Positions 39,549-51,861 of a DNA stretch of 64,000 nucleotides are shown piece after piece. The stretch is taken from positions 378,192 to 442,191 of the forward strand of contig NMRA01000149.1 in NCBI GenBank assembly GCA_002633005.1. The letters run 5' to 3'. The notes under the pieces were generated by a model. It searched no databases, was not told where the DNA came from, and worked only from the letters and a program-made list of their open reading frames with translations. Every line of letters starts with the position of its first letter. The first letter of the stretch is position 1. This DNA is from Phoronis australis. Its lineage: Eukaryota; Animalia; Phoronida. Position numbers and translations under genes: made by a program.

Positions 39549-41319
39549 GTAAGTATGCTAGCCCATCTTACAGTCAAGCTAAAGGTTATGGCTAAAATTT
39601 CTAAACTTGCACTTAAAGAGTAGCTGTAAACTAAATACTTGACACCAGCCATTTTACTGTAAAAGTCCCATTTTATAGTAGCAAGAAGGAGGCGAGTTAT
39701 AGTGACTTCTCCCTTGAGAAATGCTAAACCTGTTGTATTCATGAAGTCACCCACTCCTCCCTGTATATCAGTCACTTTAAAATTGACACATATTTGCTAT
39801 TCATTGTGTGCAAGGTTCTCCTTGCAATCTTGCTGTTTGCGGTGCGTGGGCTAAATTTAAATTGTTAGCAAATAAGGCTTGTACACCAGTCATGTACTTC
39901 ATTAGTATGCTACCCTGTTGCTTGACAGATCTATTCACCTGAAATCAAATTTAACTTGTGCTGTCAATTTTGACCTGTTCAAAAACAATTCATACAAGTC
40001 AGTATGCACTTCAAATGTGCAGAGTACTCCGGGGCAGCTTGGCTTAGCATAGGTAAAGATTCTTTTATTTTAGGCACAACATGGTGACATTGTGCAATTT
40101 ATGTTTCATTGTTATGAGTACTTTATTTCTCCTAGAACTCAATGCATAGATGATAAATCTTCAGCAGGTGCCCAAGATTATGAATATCTACCAGGATTCA
40201 GTCTTACCATTGCCTAGCAACACTCGTTAAAAAGCTGCCTGTGTAGTCAACAAGTTTTTTTGTATGGCTAGTGAGTGCATATGACGTTTTGATGATGATT
40301 AATACACGTTAAATATTTGAAGTAGTTCCTCGGGTGTCGGCAGCCCTGTATAGTGTCATTTTGCTGTTTCTGGCTGTTACACAATGCTTGATTGTGGTCA
40401 TGTTAACCAATGGAGTTGAAACAGGAGCAATAAATGACTTTTTACAAAATACATTTTGACGTATGAGTTACAGAACATGGTCAATGAAAATGCTTTCAAA
40501 ATATGAATACAAAAGTGACTTATTTTGGGTGTTGCGCTTACTATGTTAAGGATTCATTAATTCAAAATTGATTAATTCTTTATAAAAGTATTGATTACAC
40601 TTTTCACTTTATGACCAGTAGTTCAGAGATAATTTTAGAGACATGCAAAAATAATCTCACTGACACAATGCGATTGCTTAACTCGGCCCAACTGGCTCAT
40701 TCAAAAAGGGACAAAAACTAACATGGCCCATAGGTCCTCCTGCAAATATTCCCATAGACTTGAGGCTGTGTGGGTCAATTCACTCACACTTACGTTTTTT
40801 AAATGATACCTGGTAGTTGACAGCAAACAACAGTTGAGGTGCTCCATGTGTGACCTTTTGTATTCTGTTTTTGAGGTCATGACCTGTCTGAGTGACACTG
40901 TCATTGATTGATTCATCACAACACCTGCAGGCAGGGATTCTTTGTTACCTTGACGTGACCTCTTCTCTATTCCCTCCTATCATGGAATTCTTGATCATAA
41001 ACCACTATTTATGAATCATTGCAAAAGTTGGACATAAAACATTGTTTTAATGACAGGTGTGTACAAATAGAGCACCAAAATGATGAGGAATCGAATGCGT
41101 GGACTAAGATTTTATATAACATATTTATTTATAATAAGTTAAAAGTATGTGAAATGGTGTAATGTTAGAAAATAAAGCTCGCTATTTATTTTCTGTTCTA
41201 TCTTTTTAAGTAAAATTCAATTCCTCAAAATATATAAAGAGAAAATTTCGCTGCCATGAAATTTGTTCATGGCCGTTTGTCAGCTGTTATTTTGATGGTC
41301 AAATTAATATTATAATGAA

Positions 41320-42583
41320 AGCGCTCTGAGGAGCGAAACTTGGCGAAATTAACCAAAAAAAACACGTTCGAGAGGACGAGAAAAGACAACGACAGAGATG
41401 ATGACGAAGATGACAGCTATGACGATGATGGTGGCGATAATGGACAACCGTAGTTATGATATCATTCATATAACGAACGTAGAGATCAGAAATCACTAAG
41501 AAATAGGCTACAGTCTTGAGCGACACTTGGCGAAATTAATTGAAGAAAAGACGACGTCGGAGATGATGACGAAGATGACGAATATGATGACGAAGATGAC
41601 GAATATGATGATGGTGGTGGTCATGATGAAGAACATCATAACATTCATATGACGAATTTAGATGTCATAAATCATTAAGAAATAGGCTGCAGTCTAGTTC
41701 AATAGAAGCTAAACCAACCTGAATCCAGCAAGAGCGCTCAACAAAGGAGCAGCGTTATCACAAAATCTCAAATAACTCAAAAAGTAGACGTCGTAGAGAA
41801 AAATGGAAAGCATCTTCTGAAAGCCCGTTCAAAGCTCTATCTAAATTGATGGTATAGCCTAATTCCGTAAATTTTTCGAAAAAAATGAAATTTTGCGTTT
41901 TTTTTTAAGAATTTCAAACTCAAATAACTCGAAAACGGTAAGTCTGAGAAAAAAATTGTTACAGGCCATTTAAAAGATAATACTTCAAAGAATCTACATG
42001 CAAAAAATCACGTCTTTTTCTCTTCCCGTTCAAAATCGCACTCCAGACGACTGAAAATGGGTCAACATGCGCCATATCCGCCATCTTGAATGCAACTTCC
42101 GGTTTTTTGGCTTTGTATAATAGCATGTTACAAGAAACTACTACCTGTAAAAATTCGAAGGAATTGGTCTTATAATACGCCCTCTAGAGGAGAAAACGTT
42201 TTTAGGCCAAAATCGAGGTGCGCATGCGCGATCGCCGATATTTCCGCCATCTTTAACCGGAAGTACACAATTTCGAGTCTACTTGTAGCAAACTTCCGGT
42301 CCATTAACTGTGCCGATTCTTAGTCTTTTACGTAAAAAATTGTAGCCTCCAGAAGCATTTGAACCTTTAAATGGAAACAAAATGGCCGCCACAGCCGCCA
42401 TATTGGATCCGATTTTGACGAAAAACAATAGGCTTCCAGGACTTCCGGAAGTACGTGTTATGTGTAAATTTCGTGATGATCGGACGAAAATTGCGACCTG
42501 TATCGTGCGAACAAACAAAAAAAAAAAAAAACAAACTTAGTGTCAGAGCAATATACTTGGCGAAATTTATTTCGCCAAGTAAT
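41320..42583 (+). mobile_element. Non-autonomous Helentron/HINE (DINE-1-like) element
   Basis: Subterminal motif ACTTGGCGAAAT at 41338 and 41525; 3' palindrome ACTTGGCGAAAT-TT-ATTTCGCCAAGT at 42555-42580; internal ~187-bp duplicated unit with GAT/GAC simple repeats; A-rich tract before the hairpin; CpG-rich. The family assignment is an inference. Confidence 0.65.
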
Positions 42584-42682
42584 TATTAGTTGAAATAGTT
42601 TAGTCTTGATGAACAGTAATGATACAAGTGTACCTGTAGGTGATAGATGTCTGCTGTGTGTTACATATACATTTATTTGCAG

Positions 42683-42756
42683 GATGGCCGGTTACAGGCT
42701 GGTGATCAACTGTTGGAGGTCGATGGTAAAAACCTGGTGGGCTTGACGCAAGAGAA
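42683..42756 (+). CDS. AFDN: Afadin exon, PDZ
   Basis: ttgcag|DGRLQAGDQLLEVDGKNLVGLTQE aa|gtgagt. Confidence 0.96.
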
Positions 42757-43536
42757 GTGAGTAGTCAGACAGCTGATAACCTGTTGTTGTGTGAATACCA
42801 TACTTGTCTGGGTTGACGCCCTGGAAATTCAAAAATCACAGGTTGAGCATTAAACTGAGCGTGAGCACTTCAGAACAACAAATGGAGAAATGAAGGACTG
42901 GTGATAACCCAAACAGCTGTTACATACATTTTGGGTGCTAAAATTCTCATGAGTGAGTTCTGACAAAGAAATGGGAAGTGGGTGTGAAGCCAAGAAAGTG
43001 CCAATTTTCAAATTGACCCTTCAAACATGACTGTAACTCAGGACGTATACAGACCTAATTATGGTAATGATGGTATTAATTGCTCGGAATGTTGTTAAGC
43101 TTTTTTTATTATTATGTGAGATTTTGAGGGGTGGTTACATTCCCTGAGACGGCAATGTAATAGTCAGCGTAGCATTCTTCCTGATGGCTCGCTGTTTGAA
43201 TCTGAGCCTCTAGGCTTTTATTGCTTTTGGTATTTTTACTGCTGTTCGGATTGTTTCTATGTTTGCTATTACTTTTGCTGTAATTACTATACCAGTAGCG
43301 TTGCTGTTACTAGTAAACATTTCCGCCAATGATTTCTATTGTCTATTACTACAATTAGTAGCACTGGGACTAGCACAACTACTGCACCAGCTAAGCATTT
43401 CTAGTGTGACCATTACACCAACATGGTGTGACAGTTGAATGTTGTGAATGAATGCAATTTAATCAATGAGATGTAATAAAGTATAAACATTACTACTATA
43501 GCCTGCATGTTATGTTCGAGTCCTTTTTACTTGTAG

Positions 43537-43658
43537 AGCGGCTGAGTTGATGACCAGAACTGGTCACACCGTTTCTCTTAAGGTTGCCAAGCAAGGTGCA
43601 ATCTATCACGGTCTAGCTACGTTACTCAGTCAGCCGTCTCCTGAGGCTGAGAGGAGAG
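43537..43658 (+). CDS. AFDN: Afadin exon, PDZ end
   Basis: ttgtag|(K)AAELMTRTGHTVSLKVAKQGAIYHGLATLLSQPSPEAERR g|gtatgt. Confidence 0.96.
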
Positions 43659-43919
43659 GTATGTTGACATGTCTTTGCAAAATGGCTATGTTATTGATGG
43701 TGTTGTTGTGAAGATGTGTGTGCACATGGGAATTCAAAAAATTTTTATGTAACAGTTTCCGTTTGTATTATAATATTTCCCAAGTGATTTTTCATCTTTT
43801 TCACTTTTTATGTGTCCACATTGTCTTGTGTGGGTGTGTATTGGTGTCATCTCTGTCTGAACATCTGGCATCTGCTGCTGTATCTCCTAAACACTTTGTA
43901 GGAATTCAGTGAGACTCGA

Positions 43920-45200
43920 CAGATGTGTTACTATGAAACTGACAATTAATGACGAGTATCGGATTGATCTGACTACCACTGCGTGCATTAGTGGCAAATT
44001 TATTTGTTTTTCATTTGCTGCTGTATCTTCAGAGTTCCATTTGTCATGAAATTTGCGAATAGGAGATGACGATGTTTTTTCTATTTTCAGACCAATTCAG
44101 CGAAGTCATTTTTTTATTCTTTCGTCTGTTTTTTTTTTTTGGCATCTGCCTCTGTATACCCCAATTCGCTCGAAGGATCATTGTGAAAATTGGCAGGTGC
44201 AAACCTGATCATAAGACCTTAGCTGACGTCGATTCTCGGATACGTCCGAATACTGCGGAACCTTTTAGTGGCAATTTTGTTTTTTTGCCTCCGTAGGTAT
44301 ATCTCCTCAACCCTTTACTGAATCTTTATGAAATTTGCCATGTGTTTCTATGAAGCTGATGACAGATGAGGATAAGTTTGGAACTTATGTCACTTACGCT
44401 GGTTATAACTTTAGCTTGTACGTTTGATTTTGTCTGCAGTGTTCCTTGATGGGTTTTTATGAACTTTGGCAGATATGTTTCTGTTAAGGAGACAACAATA
44501 TCTTTCCATGTTCTGATGTAATCAACATATTCTGTGCCACTTAGTGGTCAATTTTGTTTTTTCAAGTCTTTTGACATCCGCCTCTCCATCAGCTAAACTG
44601 CTCCTAGGATAATTGTGAAAATTGCGTTTCTGATGAGAAGATCACGATTGACATTGATTTTCGGACAGTTCCATCTACTGTAGTGTCCCCTAGTGATGGA
44701 TTTTGTTGCGTATGCAGCTGTAACTCAACTCTTAGTAGGATCTTCTGAGGTTGGTGTTTGTCTATGAATGTGACAATAGTTCACCATGACTTTTGGATGG
44801 ATTTACATTTGCCTCTATCTCTAGACTTCCTTAACTTATAGTCATGAAGTTGGACAAATTGGTTTCTGTTATGGAGGCAACAATGCCTTTTCATTCTGGG
44901 ATGGATTCAGCGTGTTTTGCACCACCTAGTGGTCATTTTTATTGTTTTCAAGTCTGCATCATGTCCTCTGTCTCTGTATCCGCTGAACCACTCAGAGGAT
45001 CAGATATCTCCCTTCTGACATGAGCATAACTGACATTGACATTTTTTCGCGTCTGTGGCTGTATTTCCTAAACCCGTTGCAGAATCTTTGTGAACTTTGG
45101 CAAGTGTATTCCTATGAACCTGACAACAGATGTATGGATCCAACTAATGCTGTGACAATTTGATTTTACAATGCCTCTGTACCTTTGGAGTTAGTGGACA
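43920..45200. repeat. Degenerate multi-unit interspersed repeat with recurring (C)CTAGTGG..ATTTTGTTTT and TGAAATTTGGCA blocks; related sequence at 1-420
   Basis: Recurrent motifs gccacttagtggtcaattttg, cccctagtgatggattttg and ccacctagtggtcatttt, matching cctcctagtggcggttttg at ~117. Confidence 0.55.
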
Positions 45201-45608
45201 GATTTTTGTGACATTAAGCAAATAGTATTGTTTTAGAAATACATCATTTTTTCTAAATATTGTCTATTGGTAGCTGTGTTACATAACTTGGATATGGCAA
45301 AGCATTATTTTGGTTCTGTTTATCATTTATGAAAAAACAAGAAAATAAAATTTCACATGTACGTCATATTCTGTCCTAAGTTTGTGAGATTTTACCATAT
45401 TGAACAGCCGTAGAAGCATGTCGTGGGTGCATTTCAATGGTTCACGTGATATTCTTTTAAATGCAACGGTGAATGCATGAACGTAACTTGAATCCCTTGC
45501 CACTTGTAAAGGGATTTGTTTTTATTGATCTGTTTTCTGAATAAGAGTTTCTATTAAATGCAAAACTCCATTTGCACTGAATGAAACTTTTTGTGTTTTT
45601 CCAAACAG

Positions 45609-45628
45609 CAGAAAGCCGTCGACAACAA

Positions 45629-45659
<31 letters not shown>

Positions 45660-45848
45660 AAGGCCCCGGCAGCAATCAGAAAATGCGTCCGAAGAGCGAG
45701 GACGTCTCACGGTTTAATGGTTCCAAGGACGGCCCCAGTCCCATGAGGGAATACCCTCCTGGTGGATATCCCCGTGGACCTGGCCCCGTTGAGAAAGCAC
45801 GACCTTTGAACCAGGGTCCTGATAGTAGGTCTTCGCCAGCTCTTCATA
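45609..45848 (+). CDS. AFDN: Afadin exon with polyQ tract and RPKSE motif
   Basis: NAGNAG acceptor aacag/cag; AESRR(Q)13GPGSNQKMRPKSED...SSPALH a|gtaagt. Phase 1 to 1. Confidence 0.9.
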
Positions 45849-46097
45849 GTAAGTACTTCACCTGGTGACGTTCGTCATCGTAATCATCACAGTCATCCTC
45901 GCCCGTCATCACGCTGGAGGTGGGGCTGAGTGACTGAAAAGACGGGCTCTTTTGGGTAGACTGTAGTTTTTGCCCGAGTTTTTAGCCTGCATGTCATCAT
46001 TAACCTGTTTGTTCACCTCACTCAGTCCCACTTCACAAGTCACACACGTTCCTCCTGTCCTCTATTTGTTCATCCTTGCGTTTCTGTTTTTGTGTAG

Positions 46098-49000
46098 ACC
46101 TGCGTGTACTCAAAGCCAGACAGGTCAATCGTCAGCGTAGCAACGATTGCGGTCACAGCATGCGAGATCTGAGGAGTGATGGTTCAGAGTACTCGGACAG
46201 TTCCTCGCTAGATAGTTGGCCACTGAGACAGCGCAGTGTTAGTTTGAAAAACATGGACGAGTTAGAACGCAGTGCAGAATTTGATTCACGTCCTTCACGT
46301 GCGTTGGGACGAAAGAAAAGTCTGCACGATATGGTGTTGGAGGCTGAGGATCGAGATCTCACAGCTCGGATTGACAATGACATTATCTCTGGTAGGTTCA
46401 AATCACCAACTCCTCTTCAGAGAAAACCGTCAACCCCAAGTGACCTCCGACCTCACTTACAAAATGCCAGTGTCAAGGACATAATTGTCGATGCGGAGGA
46501 AAGAGATTTGAGAGCTGAGCGGGAAGTTGTCCAGCTTTATTTGAAAAGTTGTGAACTAGCAGACAAGTCACCGAATTCTCAATCAAAAAACCCAAATGGC
46601 ATCGAAATTTTGAAGAAGAACGGCGATAGGGTCTTACCTGCCCTGTCTCGTAGTTTGAGCCTTAAGGAGGTGGTGAAGGAGGCAGAAGAGAGAGACGCAA
46701 GAGCGCGTTCAGCAGGAGAGAGCACTGCCACGCTTCCCCGTGACTTGAGCAGAGTGCACGAACGTAAGCAGAGTGTTAAGGACCTGGTTGTTCAGGGTGA
46801 AATACGGGACTACAAGGCTGAAGAGGAGGATAGCGTTGTACAACCGAGACACAACAGCATTGGTTCCATTTCTGAGTTTTCCAGTGTCTTTGCCAAACCC
46901 TTTCAGCCAAACGCTGACATCCATCAAGCAGAACTTACATCTGTTGAGGTCTACGATGGTGACAGAGGCTATGAGATCGTCCATGATGTATCAACTGGTA
47001 TGGAAAGGAAGCGCAGCTTGCAGGACATGGTTATGGACGCAGAGGACCACCACAACATAGTCAAAATTGATGCGGAGATGGTCAATCGTAAGATTAACAT
47101 GGGCCGTCGTAAGTCTAGTCTGCAGGACCTATTGAAGGATATTGAGACTGACCCGAGCTTCAGTCCAAAGAAGTCAGGTGACTGCAAGAACTACCAAGTA
47201 GTCTATGCTGAACCATTCGTAGAAAGAAAGTCAAGTAATCGCAACCTGGCCAGGCTGCTAGACACTCCGTATGAGGACGTCAACAATAACCAAGAAAAGG
47301 ACGAGATCCAAAAAGCAGACGATGTCCACATGGACATCAGCTCAAATAACCTTGGGACTGTAGGTGAAGTAGAAGATGGCCTAGTTTCTGATGCACCACT
47401 CAAACATCCGCAAACATTTGACTTACAAGCATCCCCAGGTTCCCATTATAATGAACTAAACCTTCACGTTGATGACTTCCGGGATGCAGCGGAAGCAGAG
47501 GACACTAAGTGTAAGTTTGCTCTTTCACATGACAGACGATCAAGTGATAGAAATAACGTTGACCAACAGTTAGTGAATCCTCACATAAAAAGTGTCTCTG
47601 CAGATGAGGACAAACCATCTGCTCACATATCAATTTTACAAAATTTGTATATTGCATCTCCCGACCCTTCAGAAAGTTCTAGAAACACCAGCACTGTTAA
47701 TCAACTGGGGTCCTTTGCTAATTCAAGATGTACAACCGAAAATATTTTTGTTCCACTCTCTAATGCTTCCAAGTCGGCTTTAAATACTTCACTTGAAAAT
47801 GATAATGTCAACCTTGATGGCCAAGCAGAGGCTAAAAAAACAGAGGAAAAGCCTGAGGTGGCTGATGGTACAGATTTTTCAATGTCTGCGTTTGGCGATG
47901 ACGATGACGGTGTCTTTGACGTCAGTGGTGAAGCTGACTTAAGACTGTACAGGAAATATCTAGAAAGGTCTGATGATGATGTTGGTGATTCCAGCTCTGA
48001 TCTGGGACTGACCTTCAAGGATCCGGAGAAAAGTGGCGATTCCACGGAGATTTGGATTTCGGATGAGATGAAACAGCTGCGCCAAATCGTGAAGCGCAAG
48101 CGTAGCATTGGTGACTTGATCACAGAGACTGAGCTCAGACCTATGTCAACTCTGAGTAGCAGCATGTCCGATGTTCCTAAAATAGACCAGAAACGTCTAC
48201 AGCAGAGGAAAGCCAGTGTCAGAGATATTGTCCAAAGCACTGAAAGGCAGGCATCTCGACCCTCCAGCAGTCTGTCTAAAACATCAGATGTCTCTTCATT
48301 TTCGGCAGTTGTAGACCGTGACATAGGACCTATGGTCCAGCGTAGAAGCAGTGTGAGAGACTTGACGAATACATATGAATCTGGTGAGCTAGAGACTAAG
48401 ATTGACAAGAAAGACTCCAAACAGTCTGTAGACATGGCTCATAGCTCTGGTCGTCGATACAGCATCCCAAGTTATGTGAGCGAGAAGACTAGTTTGAGAG
48501 AACTTGTCTACTATGCAGATTATCATGGCTTCCATGACGACCATAATGAAAAGTCCAAAATTCGTGGCTCCTCAGTCTCTTCGCACCGTCGTGAAATTGC
48601 ACGGCTCTCCCGGAGCAGAAGTGTCACTTCTCAAATTGGCACCGACAACTCGACTTTGCGTGACCTTGTCCATGAGGTTGACAAGTATGGAAAGCCAAAG
48701 ACGAAGGGAAGAAAGCTGTCCCTGTCAAAAACCACGCCTGAACTTCGTGAACTTCGTCGACTGAAGTCGCTGAGTTCTATCACGTGTGCAAATGAGGAGT
48801 GTGATTTGCGTGAACTCATCAACCAAGTTGACGCTGAAGGTAGTGAGACGTTTTCCACGACATCACAAACAACTGCTGAGCAACGAGAACTGCGACATCT
48901 GTGGTCAACCAGTTCAATTAGCTGTAGCAATGATCTGGGTGATCTGAAAGAACTCATACGGGACTTGGATAATGAGAAAGAAAGCCGGAAACCTGAACGT

Positions 49001-49607
49001 AAGACATCCTCGCCTATGAAGACCTTGGAGCGTGTAGAGATTGATCAGCTACGTAAAATGAGTTTGGTCACGAGTGAGGATGTGGCTGGTGATCATGTTA
49101 ATCTGCGAGAACTTGTCTGGGATGTGGACGATGACGAGGTCAATAAACCAAAAAAGGAACGTGGTCTCTCAGCCTGTCAAGTTTCACCAGAGAGGGCGCA
49201 GCTGCGGCGTTTGCGCAAAATGAGTCTTGTTAATGAACCTGAAAAGACAAGGATCTTTGAGGAGGGGGATGGTGACAGCACTAAGCAAATGCAAAGGAAT
49301 TCCCTTTCTAAAGAGAAACTTGAAATTGAAAGACTGAGAAAAATGAGTTTGGTAGCTGGTCAGACACAGTGGGATGAAAAGGAGGAGAATTTAGCGCCTG
49401 CTTGCCAGCAGGAAAGTGTAGTCTGTAATAAGCCACTGCAAGACAATGTTCTTTCTGTGTCTCACTTGTCCACTGAACCTTGTGTTAGTGAGAGTATAGA
49501 GAGAACAATAGCAGACAGTGGTCTGGATGTGTCTGAGCCATTACCCAAACACACAGAAGATAGTGCTGATCCCTGGCCGGCAAACAACCTGTCATCTTTG
49601 TCAAACA
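46098..49607 (+). CDS. AFDN: Giant cassette exon, 3510 nt / 1170 codons, repeat-containing
   Basis: 1186-aa ORF bounded by tttctgtttttgtgtag and a|gtaagt. Phase 1 at both ends, matching the flanking exons (45848 and 50133). Confidence 0.85.
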
Positions 49608-50132
49608 GTAAGTGGTTCTGTGGCTACACTGCTTAGTGAGAATGTCTGTCTGTCCATTTTTTCAGAGAGAAACTAAGATACACTGATATAAGTAAGAATT
49701 GTTAATCTTCCTTTAACGCCATCTGTTGGTCACATCATGCGACCTCTTGTTAAATCTGTAAAGGTCTTTGTCTTGACTGGGGCTTTCTGGTTATTGTGCA
49801 GAAACTCTAGTTCACTGAGCTATCGGAACCAGCGATCGATTACCTTAATCCAAACAGGTTTAATAGGAGGCATAAAAGGTACACCGAGTTATTTCATTTA
49901 CCCCATACATGGTATAAAACATTGATTAAGGGTATTTATTGAAAGCAATTTTCGAGAAGTTGTTCTTGATTCTACTATTAAAGGTCACTCCTTCACCATT
50001 TCAAATCACTGTTTTGTGTTGATCTATTATTAAGTAAGGGTGCTACTGCACAATTCCCTCTAATGTTTTTATCGTTATTTTACCACTTGTGAACTGGGCT
50101 GGTCAGTACTGATTATCCCATGACTTTTTCAG

Positions 50133-50360
50133 ATCAACAAGAACGAGTGGAAGACCGTGAAGGCGGCTTCCCCACCCACTACAATCGACACCCCCGCGGA
50201 CAGGAGGTGCCTGCAGATCAGACACGCTCCAAATCAACATCTAATCTCAAGGTTGACCCCATGGAAGCTCATCAGCCCCAGGGGCCCCGCCCCGCCATGT
50301 CTGCCAGTACCCTTCCCCGTAACTATCAACAACGTCAACCAGAATATGTCAATCGACCAG
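50133..50360 (+). CDS. AFDN: Afadin exon, Pro/Gln-rich region
   Basis: tttcag|QQERVEDREGG..RSKSTSNL..EYVNRP g|gtatgc. Confidence 0.9.
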
Positions 50361-50501
50361 GTATGCTGTCTGATACTGCTTCACTTTGACTTGAAATGTT
50401 TAGTGAAATTAGCATGCATTTAAGAATTTGCTAATATAAACTTTGAGTCTTATTATGGACATTAACAGAATCGCATAAAAGTATAGTCCTGCTCCATTCA
50501 G

Positions 50502-50655
50502 GTCCTCAAGACCCTCGTCATCTGTACGCTAACCACCCTGGTCCACATGACCAGCAGAGAGACTATGTGAACCGCCCGGGGCCACAGGACATGAGAGATC
50601 CACGTGACCCGCGCAATCAGCCCACGTACCAGAACTACCCTCCGGCTGATAACAG
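50502..50655 (+). CDS. AFDN: Afadin exon, Pro-rich region
   Basis: attcag|(G)PQDPRHLYANHPGPHDQQRDYVNRPGPQD...YQNYPPADN ag|gtttgt. Phase 1 to 2. Confidence 0.85.
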
Positions 50656-51111
50656 GTTTGTTGTGGCCATGGCCGTTAGGTGGGGAATTACAATTTGTGG
50701 CTTCTGAAGAAATTGATGACGTGTCATTTGATTTGGAGATGACCAGACTGAAGGAATTTTGCCTAATTTATATTGTGTACACCTTGAAGTTAATCTTGTT
50801 GATTGTATTCCCTTCACTTGTATACAAACCTAGTCCATTGAATATTAAAGATGCATTTTGCCCTGGTAAGCTGACTAAAACACGGTAATAGAATTTGGCC
50901 TTTTACTGTCATAAAATTGGTCTCATAATATTGCTCACGGTGAAAAGATTCTATTTCCGTTACCAACAAGAACATTGAAACCAACAGCGACTCCAGAAAG
51001 TGCTTTAAAGAATTTATTGGAAGTGTCCAACAATAACATTGCAATTAAAAAATGGTGCAGTGCCTGTGACTTCAGTGGTCAACCTATTCAGCAATCATTC
51101 ATGATCGGACG

Positions 51112-51230
51112 AGCTTGGTAGTATTTGTAATGTTATGTAGGGCCTCATCCAAGCTTGGTAATATTTGTAATGTTATGTAGGGCCTCATCCAAGCTTGGTA
51201 ATATTTGTAATGTTATGTAGGACCTCATCC
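51112..51230. repeat. 40-bp tandem repeat x3
   Basis: AGCTTGGTAATATTTGTAATGTTATGTAGGGCCTCATCCA repeated. Confidence 0.92.
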
Positions 51231-51861
51231 GCAAGTCTGTACATTTACCTAAATATCTACGAAACTACAGAATTTAACTCTGACAGCAAAACTTTATATT
51301 TTCTGAAATTAGGATTTGCGTAGAATTTGAATTTTGACTTTTTACCAACTTGCCAATAATTAAGAATGGTAAATTCATAGCAAAATAACAGGATCAATAA
51401 CATGACAATTTCACATGATATAATTATTCAAGATAAAATCTCAAAAACGCTGTTACTGTATTCTAGGTTATCATTTCATTTGATGCAGCTTCAAATTTTT
51501 TTTTCATAAAAATAATGTTAAGTCCTAATTTTGATATCCTCTCATGCAAGAGTGGAACATTTTAACAACAATTCCTAACAGCATTATGGAGAAATATGTA
51601 TAAACCATAGTATCTTGAAGTTTCATGTGAATCTGATCTGCCATTTATGAGATACAATGTTCTCAATTTGGTCAAAATTGAAATTTTTCTAGGGCACTGC
51701 CTAACCTTGCCCCAAAGTGGTTCGGTTAAGAATTCAACATTAACATAAACAGGGGAAAATGTAGCTTTAAGAGTTTGGAATTATTTGAAGGTTTTTTGGC
51801 TGAGCTTGGCGTTCTTGTGTGTGTAGGCTGTTATTGATGATGGCATCAATCATAATTTCAG

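Noticed and set aside
47701-48435. 244-aa minus-strand ORF and other antisense ORFs over large exons
   Set aside because: Shadow ORFs of the Ser/Asp/Glu-rich sense exon, with no recognisable domain.
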